From Carcharhinus longimanus (taxonomy: Eukaryota): a stretch of DNA of 64,000 nucleotides. A program made the translations under genes and the position numbers. Under the pieces are notes generated by a model. It had not been told where the DNA came from, did not search any database, and was given only the letters and a program-made list of their open reading frames with translations. Location: contig JASCQW010000148.1 in the NCBI GenBank assembly GCA_030264375.1, positions 18,874,118 through 18,938,117 of the forward strand, read 5' to 3'. Numbering within the stretch: position 1 is the first letter of the stretch; each line of letters opens with the position of its first letter. Shown here in pieces: positions 1 to 12,400 of this stretch.

Positions 1-84
1 TACATGCAGATAAAAAACATTCTTTCGCCAAACTTTAAGTTAGCTATCAACAAAACTGCAGTGCTTCAATTAAAAAAGCCAAAT

Positions 85-265
85 AATGCAAATAACCCAA
101 AATAAAAATAGGAAATGCTGGAAACACTCAGCAAGTCTGGCAGCATGTGGAGAGAGAAAAACAGAGTTAACCTCTAAGGTTATGATCTTTTATCAGAAGG
201 GTCTGAAAACGGAAATGACCTGAAACGATAACTCTCGTTTCACTCTTCACAGATGCTGCTAGATA
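85..265. mobile_element. Inverted-repeat element (family B, Penelope-like)
   Basis: aaatgctggaaacactcagcaagtctggcagcat...acagatgctgc inverted arms; same family as 455-600, 12320-12410, 15185-15380 and 19310-19500. Confidence 0.6.
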
Positions 266-454
266 AGGGTGCCTCAAAATGAAGAACAGAAGTGTTTCTG
301 CATCGCCAAGAACCATAGCCCTAAAACAACTCTATCCTTTCCCTTGAGGACAATTCTGCTCTTTATCTTCTGTGGCTCGCACAACAATCAAGAAGCATAA
401 CAGAATTATCAGGGGTTCAGCAACATTTCCATAAAAAGTATAACAATTAATACA

Positions 455-600
455 AAACAAAGTCCTGGAAAATCTTAGCAGGTCTGACAAGTGATTAGAG
501 CCAACGTTTCATGTCTCTATTCTCTCTCTACAGATTCTGTCAGGCCTGCCAAGATTTTCTGTTTCTGTTTCAGATTCCAGCATTCAAAGCATTTTGCTTT
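455..600. mobile_element. Inverted-repeat element (family B)
   Basis: ctggaaaatcttagcaggtctgaca...tgtcaggcctgccaagattttct...cagattccagcat. Confidence 0.6.
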
Positions 601-665
601 CACGACAATTAATACTCAAGTGCTCTGGTTTTCAAAACTGCACGCAATTATATATTGTTACTTAC

Positions 666-879
666 TGGTCACGGTAAATGTCACCATCCTGATTGGGGTA
701 GAAGGCAAGTTTGAAAATGCGGTTCATAACACTACGCTCGATTGCCATCTGCGCATCCTGGAGCTGCTCTTCACTGGCACTCTGCCAGATAACATCTTGT
801 GCCATAGCTCCGTACAATGACTGCAGGAATTCTTCTACTAAGGCAGTTTTGTCATCTGCTGCAGTGAGATTCTGAAAAT
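666..879 (-). CDS. GAPVD1: GAPVD1 exon, 214 nt, phase 1-2 (helical region leading into VPS9)
   Basis: gtgcag|AT...GACCA|gtaag; DFQNLTAADDKTALVEEFLQSLYGAMAQDVIWQSASEEQLQDAQMAIERSVMNRIFKLAFYPNQDGDIYRD. Confidence 0.96.
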
Positions 880-3411
880 CTGCACAGACAAGAATAGCGA
901 AACTAGTTCAACCAGTCTTCAAAAAGGTTTATTAATTAGAAAACATTAATAAAAAGAATTCATGATGAAATGACTTTCCCCTTCATTTTCACTCTCCCAA
1001 AGATGCTCATTTTTGCTGGGTTCTCATTCTGGAGCCAGAGACTATCCTCCAGTGCTTGCCTCACTCTTGCATGAGGCAAAACAGTGAGGCTATTTTCCAT
1101 GAAGATCCAGATTTTGTTTCAACCCATGGCTGGCAGGGATCAATAGTCAACAATCAAAAATGGTTAATCTTTCTCCTTCATAGCCTGGAGGTCAAATACA
1201 TTATCCCAACTTTTCACAAGCCAGATCAGCTGACAGAGTGGGCACTTTTGATCTGACTGATTAAATGTTACAAGGTGAAATACCTTTACCACAAAAGCTA
1301 GTTAGAGTTATTATCTGGTCATTTTCAGATAGGTGTTTGTGGGAGTTTGCAGTGCTCAAATTGATTACACTTCTTTGGTTGCCAAACATTTCAGCAAATT
1401 CAGAGGTCTTCCTTTAATTGTAGGATCTCATTTCAGCTTTACTCACTTAGTATAGTTATCAAGGCTTCAGGCTCTGCACAGCTTAGCCATTTACTGGAAA
1501 CAAATTTGGTCGCAGGGTGGTGGTGGTAGTTTTGGGCGGGGGGGGGTTCTATAACCTGTCTGAATGTTCAATTTCATTGAGTTAGATCTTGTTAATTCAA
1601 GGAACAGATTAATAGCACATCCATCAACAACAACAAATTTGAAAGCAGAGGTTCATATTGGTGGCCCAACGAAGGCAGTGTATAGTACCTTTAATAAATT
1701 CCAGAATGTGCTTTTCTCTGCTTTCAAGTAATAGCCTTACACAAACTGTGGTGAAATATCTGTTGGCAACCTCTTTGTCTCTCAGCACTCTTTGCAAGAG
1801 TCTTTCAAGGTGGGCTTGTGTCGTCTGAAGTCCCTGACGGCACCGTGTCAAGTAAGCAATATACGGAGCCCGTTTTCTGAGGCAAAGAGAACAAAATCTT
1901 TATACATTTAAAGTTCAACAAATCCTGCCAATTACAAGCTGTATCAGTTCAATGACACTTGTGCTACAATGCATAACAGACATGAAATGTGAGGTGCAGG
2001 AAGCTGATAACTATACTTCCAAGGAAAGGTTGCAAGATTGCCCATCAAGCATCAGGGATTGGAAGCTTCCCAATATAACGGTTGCGAGGTACTTATTGAT
2101 TACCGAGACAGGCTATTAAGTTACTTACTGCATGAAATCCATGGAGAAACTTATTAGTATTTAACACAACAGTCACTCAAGTTTTATTTGAAAATGAAAC
2201 TGGTGTGAACACACTAGGGGCAATCTTACCATCTCGCCCTGCTGGCCAATGGGCAGGGCAAGCTGGTAAGATTGCGAGACATCCAAGAAATCAGGTTTGC
2301 CCCTTCAAGCAGGGCCAGACGTGATGGCCTCGAAGTCAGGGGAAAAGGTGGGGCATGCCCATTGGGAAGTGCACTGTGCAACCGTGATCAGGGTGGAGAG
2401 ACACATGCTGTGCACTCTGCAACTTGCGATCGGCCGTGTGCGCGCGTGGCTGGGGCCATCAGTAGTTGGGGGGAAACAGTGACTGAGATTCCCATGTTCA
2501 TAGAACACAGATCTGAGCATGCGCAATTACATCCTCTGCCATCTTTCAAACTCGCTTAGGCCCTGCCCCCTCCCCCTGCTGGCAGGAAATAGATCTTGCC
2601 TTTTTTCCCCCCCCACAGTGATACAAGATTACTCGCCCAAAAAAAGCACGAGGCTCTCCTGTTTTCAATTAGTTCACACTTCATAGGGGTGATCTTGCCA
2701 AAAAAATTTTGAAGTTTTACTACATTAAAAAGTAACTCTCTTTTGAACACTCTCTGGGAAGAGATTGGAGAATAAATAGCAAAACGTGACAGAGAATTGA
2801 TCTGTTGTTTGTTGTATTATCGTTGGTTGAGGGATAAATGTTGTCAAGGGTGCTGAGACAGGTCCTTGCTCGTTCAATAAAAAGTGCTATGGACATGTTT
2901 AATATTCATGTGAACAGGCAGACAAGTTTTTTAAATTATTCCCATGAAAAATATTAATGCTTAAAGTATCCATTAACTAAACAGCATAGTCATAAAGTTT
3001 TACCTATAATCCTCAGCAATGGCAGCTAGTAACTTGTGACAGGTTCTACTGTCAAATCTGCCAACACAGCGCATGGTTTCCTGAATCTGTGCCATCAGGT
3101 GCTTATCCTGCAAGTTGATGGCTTCAGCCAGCTGAACCTTGAGAAAGCAGACAATCTCATTGTCTAGAAGAGAAATCCAAAATTAGTTTTGTATTTATTA
3201 CAGTTGCGTATTTAATTGACACACAAACATAAAATCAAAAAATATGTCAGCAATCTGATTCAAGTGCCTGTCTTGAGCAATTCAGGGACCGGGGACTAAA
3301 AATAGAACGTCCATTCATTTCTCAGCATAGATAAACACAACACAGAAACATTGAGTTTCTTTTATTGACTAGAATTTAAAATTTAAACATTACAGAAAAC
3401 GAAAAAGACTG

Positions 3412-3448
<37 letters not shown>

Positions 3449-6400
3449 AGATACTAGCAACAGCCAGTCCTATGCTGGTCAAAGATCTCAAAACATACTC
3501 TGGACTGACTAACTCAGCATAGATTCTGACTACAACAAAAGTTAATTCTTATCCGGGTTATTGAATTTCTTTGGTACATGCTGCCTGTAGCCACCAAAAC
3601 AACTTTCAGATACTGTTTATGAAAACTTTGTTTTGGCTTATGAAAAGGCCTATTTCTGCTTGCATTGTAATTTCAAAGAATGCAATCAATTTTTCTAGCT
3701 AATCCCGGTATGTCTGCTGAGTTTAAAATGTGGTCGTTAGCTTTAAAAGCTTAGCATTTAAATGTAATTGCATAGGCAGATATCTCTTAAAATGAAGTCT
3801 TTGCATAAATGAAGCAAACAGAGCTAAGCATACATAGGATACCTTTGAGTAAAATGATATGCAATAGGGGAACAAGGATCGTCTGTATCAAGTTCCTTAC
3901 CTGAACAAACAAAGGTGGAACAATGCAAATCAACATTTGTATCACAACAGCTGAGCCTAAAAACACTTCCGTGGTGTCTAATGGCAAAACTGAAGCAACT
4001 CCGTTTTTTTTTATTAGTTATCCTTGAATAGAAACTACTGAATTCATTGCCAGTTGATACATTGCTGCCAGAAAATTTATTCAAGTTTAAAACCTAAAAG
4101 CTATCTCAAACTACAAATAGTCTTTACCTTCCAATTCTCCTTGATCTGGTCCTCCAGGAGGGCCGTTTCTTGTTGCTGAATGGCTCACTAGGGGGAATGC
4201 AATTGAATCAGCAGAGCACAGAGCCATTCGTAGTTTCTTCTTTGCGTCTCTAATAGGAAGAATAAAATGCAGGTTTTAGAGTATCGCTAAGCTAATGAAA
4301 GATAATAATTGTACAGCGCACTTCTCCTTAAAAAAAGCGAGGGCTCAAGTTTTAGGTGCTTATTCCCAGTAAATACAGTACAAACATTTCATGTTGGCCA
4401 AATTCAAATCTTCACAATTCAATCTGATATAATAGGTTGAAAAGTGGCATAACACACTGCAGTTAATTACTCCATTAAATTCCTGATCCTAGCACACTGC
4501 TGTAAGTGGAACACATTGAAGCAGTCCAGGCAAGTAATGTATCTGAACACCTTTCCACTGGTGACAGAGGCTTGGTAAAAAGTCTGACAACACCAAGTTT
4601 TAGTCCAACCGATTTATTTGATAGTAAACGCACAAGCTTTCGAGGTTTCCCTCTTCGTCAGGTGAATGGAGAGTTCTGGCCTCAGACAGAGCATATAAAG
4701 CAGAGGCTTGGGTCAGGGTGGCTTGATTCTTTCACAGTAGGAAGGAGCAAAGAATGGCAGCAGTCTACAAGTTCATATGGAACAAAAACATATTCATCCC
4801 AATAACCACTTTGCTGCTAACTGTTACTGCAGGCCAAAATAAACATTACCTAAAGGAGAATGTGGAGTCTTGAGTCTGAGCAGTCTGGCTGGCAGAATCT
4901 GGTAGATCATCAGCTGAAAGGTTTTGAAGAGTTTCATCACGTGGTGAATCATGCATGCTATCCTCTCCGATAGCCTCTGTGTAAAAGAAAATATCATACA
5001 TTATACATGGAAACATTTGCCTTTATGAAATTATAATAGAATTGACTAAGTTTTGGCGGTTACCAACAAATACAGATGGGAGATGTGGTACAGATCTGCA
5101 AATAAAACTCTAGTACTTCATGTGATGATTTAGGCATCAATATTTTTTAGGTTTTTGTATGAGTATCTAAATGACCTTTTAAGACAGCAACAGAACAATT
5201 TACAGATAGCAGAGAATTAACAACCTGCACTGACATTCACAAAAGTAGTTAATTATGAACAGTGCTGAGATAAAATCGAAAAGGAGTGGCTTGAATCGCA
5301 TTTCAAACATCGCTCGTTTTCTCCCCCTCCCTCACTGCACAACAATTTCTCCCTTCTACATCTGCTACAAGCATGTGACTCCTTTCTTTGGTAAAATTTC
5401 ACAGTGCTGTCATCATCTAGTAGCTTTTCTTCATCCAACAGCCAGTGGATGTTAGAATGTTGTATTACTGTGAGGAAATCGCAACTGAATCTGACCCTGA
5501 CCTCATCTAGAATCTACGTTACTTTTGGGAAGGGCTGCTGAAAGGCAAACTGCAGGGATAACTTTAGACAATTTTTATTTCCTGTCCAACCTTGTGGTAC
5601 TAAAACCAATTGTGTCAGCTCTGCTATTGCATCAACTGAAATTATCTAAAAGTATAGATGGACAGAACTAGTAACCTTACTGGTCAGTATGCTTTTGTTA
5701 GTATATGTTTTAACTTTCTAAACCAGAGGGGAGCAAGTAATATTGTTTTTTTTTAAATCTTTAATGATCATATTGCCTGAAAAATATTGCCATCTTTTAA
5801 CAAGTTGCATAATTTTCCAATTACTGATCAAAGACAATATATAACAGTTTAAATATAAATAGTTTAAATTAAGATTCTATGTCGAGACTGATTATATAGG
5901 TGCAGAATGGTAAATACAATAAATTATTTTCTGAAGGCATGTCAGTTCTTCAGTCTCTAGGTTATTCCAAGACAGCAGGTTGCTTTGAGCTGCCTGCCAA
6001 TGTCATTCTGAAATTAGCAACTAGGAGGTGGTCATCAAGCACATTTCAGTGCCCACTGTCCCTTTGATGTTTTCTATATTTTTGCAGCAAAACATGAGCT
6101 TCCCCAAGACCATGTCCCCTCCTCCCACGCCCCCTGTCAAGTTCATTTTCACATATTTAGTTTATTTTACATGCAGAGATGCAACTACAAACACTATTGC
6201 TCAAACAGGCAAAGAAAGAAAATCTCTATTTCAACAACGGTACTTTTTCTAGACCAAACTTAACAGGAACATGACCTACCTGTAACCTCATCACTGGCAA
6301 CTGCTTCACTGGGGCTGGCTCGTTTAATAGCACTTCTATATTTATCCAGGATATCCTCGGCGGCCTGAGCCTGTGCATTCAACCTGGGGATTGGCTCATC

Positions 6401-9400
6401 TGGTAACACACAGAAACAGTGTGAACAAGCAATTCTGACTGGTCTTAAAAAAAATAATTTATCATTTTGTTTTTTAAATCTTGTATAATGCTATGTTTTA
6501 AAAACAAAGTCAGCATTGAGGTTTTTAATGATTCCCTGCTGAATATTCTACGCCACAAAAAAAAATGCACAAAAGAATAGATGGTTTTTATTTTAACTCT
6601 CCCGAACTGAGTTCTTAAAATGTGATCAAATTCCAATCATGGCACCAAACAATTATATGTGCATTGTGGTCAGATTTTGCTTAAATAGCCATGCAAAATA
6701 ATCAAATATTTTTTCATTGACTGGATATTAATAATAGCTGTACCAGAACATCAGTTAAACAAACCCGAAAACGCTGGTCAATTTTGCCTGCAAACTATTC
6801 ATGAAAAACACTAGTGGGTTAGTTATTGAGCGGTTAAATTTTATGGATTAACTTTTGGGATCGATAACACCTTTACGCAAATTTAACAGCATACGAGATG
6901 GTCACCTGCGGCTTTGCTCGCAGGCAATCTAGAGCAAGATTAGAAAACACAATTTTGCATGCACAGAAACCAAGAAATTACGCCCACCACACATGCACAA
7001 GTGATCAGCAAAATGCAGCAGTGGGTATGAGCTCCCATGTCATCAAGATATGGAAATATAGAAAATGCTCTCACCCACCGCACAGCTCAAACATCAAAGC
7101 TCTAGGAATACAGCAGAAAGCAAGCGAGAATCCCTGAAAGTGGTGAGGTGAGATCTGTGCAAAGATGAAAAGTGGTTGCAGATACTGGAAAATGAAGAGG
7201 GGTAATACTTGAGATTTGCTTTGCTAGAATTGTTATAGGTATTGGTGGAGCGCATGGGGGAAAAAAAAGATCAAGATAACCAAGGGTCTCAAGTTGCTTT
7301 CCAAGGATTAGACATGCTGCTATGGTGCTCATTCTTTAGAAACTTCCCAGTGTGGGGAAATCTAAAGGTATTGCATTTGTCTTTAAGGATAGGGTTACAA
7401 TATTTACAAGAACAGTTGTGATTCAGTAAATATAAAATGTAAACCAATGTGTTTCACACTGTATGGACCAAGTGCCACATGGCAAAGCTAAAGCTTTTAT
7501 TTTTACAGATAAAAAATTCAAGTAAACATTCAATGCATCATATGAACAGGAATAAGCAATTCAGCCCCTTAAGCTAGTTACACCATTCAATCAAATCATG
7601 TCTAACCTATACCTTAACTCCATGCACTTGCCATTAATTGATATTCCTCAATAATCATGCCAATCAAAAATCTGTAGACCACAGTCTTGAAAGTTTCAAG
7701 TCACCTAGCATCTGCAGCCTAAAGAATGTATGATTTCCATAACAATTGACTGTTTTCTGACTTCACTCCTCAATGTTCAGTTTTCCACATTGTGATGTGG
7801 GAGTGACTGGCAAGGGCAGCATTCAACATCCATCTTGCGTTTGTCCTGAGATGGTAGCAATGGTTTTATCTTTTGAACTGCTGATGGCTGTTTGATATCA
7901 CTGATGAACTTTTTAGCTGTTTCAAAAGGGCAATTAAGAGTCAAAAAGATTGATGTGGGACTAGTGTCAATACGCAGGCCAGACTGGTAAGGGTTTCTTT
8001 CCCTGCAGCAACTTCAGAGTCAGTATTCCAGATACCATTTTTATTTCCGGGCATTAAATATATCCTATCATTTTAAACATCTCAAACTTCATGCAATGGA
8101 TTGTAGGCTGTGTGTACTTTATTATTCCCTCTCCTAGCTTCTAGAACAAGTTAAACTTGTGTGGACTGCCACTGAAATTCAGTCTTGAATTGAGTCAGTT
8201 AATCAGACCCCTTCTTCACAGTATTTCTACTGTGTTCATTTGTAGAATCACAAAATGGTTTGAGCACAGGTGGTGGTTATTTGGGCCAGTGTCTCTGTGC
8301 CAGTTCTCTGCAAGAGTAATTTAACTCATCCCATTCCTCTGCCCTTTCCCCACAGCCCTGCTTTTTTTTCCCCATCATCAGCTGCTTATCCAAATGATTT
8401 GGTTTGTAAAAAGTGAGTATGCGAAATTTGTCCAAATGAGCTGTTTCGTCTGAATATCTTAAGAGCTGCTGGGAACCAAACAATGTGCATTATAAGGAAA
8501 TACTGATCCTAACTGGTTGAACCTCAATTCTTTCAAAGTTACATTAAAGTTCAAGGTCTAATCCGCCCTGCCCTGCCTGCATTCAATGATGGCTGAGTAT
8601 AGTTTCTTGATCAAAAGATTACATTTTAGCACCTTTCTTTTTTAAATTAAATACCTGAACTTTTCACTTTGTTTCTGCTGAGCTACATTTTTAGCTTCCA
8701 AATTCCCTCAAATCAGTAATTGGTCAAGCTTTCCAATATATAAATAGTGTTTCTTTTTAACTTAAACACTGAGTTGTCTTTACAAAATGTTAACCTTTTT
8801 ATTCCTGGTTATTCCTATGATATCCATGCACTTAGGATTTTCATTAATTTTACTTATTAATGTCACAAGTATACTTACATTGACACTGCAATGAAATTGC
8901 TGTGAAAATCCCCTAGTTGCTACACTCCAGTGCCTCTTTGGATACAAGGTGGGAGAATTTTTTTTTAGGATGGCCAATGCACATAACCAGCAGTTCTCTG
9001 GGCTGTGGGAGGAAACCCACACAGACACAGGGAGAATGTGCAGACCCTGTACAGACAGTGGCCCAAGCTGGGAATTGAACCCGGGTCACTAGTGCTGACA
9101 GGCAGCAATACTAACCACTGTGCCACCGTGCTGCCCATGCATCCAGCATTTAGCTTCAAATTGTCACAAAATAAGTAGCACTACTTTCTTTAAATGCGTC
9201 ATGCCTGGTACTACTTGATACTTCTATTTGGCCCAAAAGCAATTTCAGTAAAGTTTTGTTTTAGGGATGGGGTGCAGATGGTGTGGGAATAAAATTATTT
9301 GCAAGTTTAGAGTTTATTAGTCACAAGTAAAGTTTATATTAACACTGCAATGAAGTTACTGTGAAATCCCCCTAGTCACTACACTATGGCACCTGTTTGG

Positions 9401-12400
9401 GTCAATGCACCTAACCAGCATGTTTCTCAGACTGTGGGAGGAAACCAGAGCACCTGGAGGAAACCCACACAGACACAGGGCAAACATACGGCCCCTGCAC
9501 AGACAGTGACCCAAGCTGGGAATCGAACCCGGGTCCCTAGCACTGTGAGGCAGCAGTGCGAACAACTGTGTCATTGTACAACCCACACAAAGGAGTCAAT
9601 CAAATCAGCTATTATTTTTCTGAATGGTGGAACTGGTTCAAAGCTCAACTGGCCTAGTTATGCTCTCTTTTTTTATTTTCTGATTAAATTCACCCTCTTC
9701 TGTTACTGTAGATCCTCTTCCTCCCAGTTGCTAATCAAAATGGCACAGCATGTAAATGCTGCTGTCAATCTGATAAGAAGAAGTTATCCCTTCCACACAA
9801 TACTGGATGTTTCTGACTCCAATTGTGGTTTGTGCCTGGCAAGCATGTGCCCCCTGATGAAGGGGATGCAAATTGTTGTACGATTGGCATGAGGAATTCA
9901 ATTGCAAAGCTTGAGACGTGCGTGGAAAACGTATTGCGTCGTGTATGGAAAACGTGTTGCAGTGAAGAATGTCACATAGCAAATTTCTGCAAACACCAAG
10001 ACTGCCTTAACTCACACATCAAAAACTGTTCAGTCAGTTTGTGCAAGTCTTAATTCCAAGGCACTTAAGAATTTTGATCCCATGCCAAACTAATGTACAA
10101 CCTACATTACCATCAAACTGGTTTTTTCCACATCCAGAGGAAAGTTCAGTACTTTGTACACATTGTGTAAACATAAGAGGTACAGACCCTCAAAAATATC
10201 TACTTCGTATCAGTAAAGCAAAGTACTTAACTTTATGTGTTTTCTATAACACGTCCAAAAATGATCTCATTGTGTGCTAATGTCACTCTTTGGTTGGAAA
10301 ATATTCTCATCTCATTCTTCATATAAATTAATCTTCTGTATCTTTGACAGATGTTTAACCAAGTAAAAATAAATGGATTTAATATACAAAGGAACAACGT
10401 AGAAGTTATTCCTCAGCATGTCTTTGCTCTGTTACTGATTATAGCTAAAAATCATGACTTCAAACATATGGTTAAGATTGACATAATGTCCATCTTATGC
10501 TGTGAATTTTTGTTCGCCCACATTCTAAACACACTTCCTGACTAGAAAATATGAAATAAATAAGAAGATATTTTTCCCTTGTTTACAGAGGAGACCTCCT
10601 TCTGTCAAGCAAAGAATAAAATTATTGTGTGGCGTTGCTAAGGCTACTTCTGCCCAAGTTTCTGTGATTGCAATGAGCTCATCAGTTAGTTGCAAGACCT
10701 TGCACGCTTGGCCTAAGGATGAGACAGTTTTTATGGCAGATACTGGAAGTAACTGCCATGGCTTGGGTGCAATGAACGTCTTAAAGCATTAGGGAAGCAT
10801 ATTGGTTTTCAGTCTGCCGAAAATATTGCCCATGGTACCAGTATAAAATTAGTGACAGAGTATTTACTTTCTTTGGGAATGATTCCCTAGTGGGGCCATA
10901 ATTCGTCACAGGGCTTAGGCCTGTGATCCAGATAGTGACCCTGAACTTCTTTTAAGTGCGATAGATCATTGTTGGTGCTAGTTGTTGGTTGGAAATTCAC
11001 TTTGCTGGAAAATCTTTTTATTTGAACTTTTTGTAGATGGTCAACAGTAACTGTTTAAAAATATACAGACGTGCTTAAAGAGGTTATTAAAATAGTCCAC
11101 TAAATTAAAGTACAAAGGAATTTGACACAAATGTTGATGCTTTGTAAGCTAATATTGCACAGTATAATTTTAACTCAGCGGTAAATCTTATGTACACCAT
11201 AAATGGTTTCCAATAATATTACAGTTTTCTGTCAGCTCCTAATTAGCTATATTGACACTCACCTGTTGAATAAACACTTTTTTGTGGTAAGAGTTACCAT
11301 ATAATTTATTTATGTTTCCACTGCTGTAGGTGTGTTAGAAATTTTCCAAGTTTTTATTTTAGAACAGCTGCAAGCATGTGAAAACCTCAAAGCAAATGTG
11401 TTTCTAAATGAGTGAAAATGCACAAGAAATTTGCCCACATGGACATGGATCAGGCAGGGTAACTCTTCAGAGCTGCTGCTGCTCTTATGTAAAAAGTGCA
11501 TCCATTGCAATCTCAGCCAAGTAATGCTGGTGATCTAGAGGAAGCGTGGAGTAATTACCTGGTCATCCATGATTTACATATTGCTGAAAAGAGAGACAGG
11601 TTGTTGAAGCTTTTTTCACCTTGAACTCATCAGGACAAATGCAAGAGTATCAAATTTCAAACAATCACAACAATTTATATTACAGGCAGAAAAGGCAGCA
11701 TGGGCAAGTTGGCTCCAATTGATTGATGTGGAGATGCAGGCATTGGACTGGGGTGGACACAGTAAGAAGTCTCACAACATCAGGTTAAAGCCCAACCGGT
11801 TTATTTGGAATCATGAGCTTGCGGAGCGATGTTCCTTGCTCAGGTGAGTGGCGTGTTCCACCTGAGTAAGGAGCAGTGTTCCAAAAGCTTGTGATTCCAA
11901 ATAAACTTGTTGGTCTTAAACCTGGTGTTGTGAGACTTCTTACTGCACCAATTGATTGAGATGTTGCCATGGAGAACATAATGGGGTACTAAATCTCGCC
12001 AAGCTTCCAGATAATTCAAAAAAGATACAAAGCTTGAACATATTCCTTTTGCTTACAGATGTTACCCTGGATATGAAAAGTCTAAATGAGCCACATTATG
12101 AGTTCAACTAATGATCTTAAATAGGTTGTTAGCATAGCTGTGAGCAGAGTCAAGATTGTTCAGAAAATACCGCCAATCGCAGAATCACATCTAACCAGTG
12201 CTGGCTGGTTGAATTTTGTCTATTTTATTCATTCGTGGGACATGGGCGTCGCTGGCTATCCAGCATTTATTACCCATCCCTAGTTGCCCTTGCACTGAGT
12301 GGTCTGCAAAGCCATTTCAGAGATAAAAGCAAAATACTGTGGATGCTGGAATCTGAAACAAAAACAGAAAATGCTAGAAAATCTCAACAGGTCTGACAGC

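Noticed and set aside
9712-10053. Cys-rich + strand frame with a single in-frame TGA, suggesting a selenoprotein
   Set aside because: No SECIS element recognised; neighbouring segments also contain TAA/TAG stops and frameshifts, which fits pseudogene decay better.
10887-11050. Minus-strand acceptor followed by 54 open codons in the GAPVD1 phase (possible extra or terminal exon)
   Set aside because: Weak donor, no resemblance to GAPVD1 isoforms I know, and it overlaps the + strand fossil gene; not excluded without RNA-seq.
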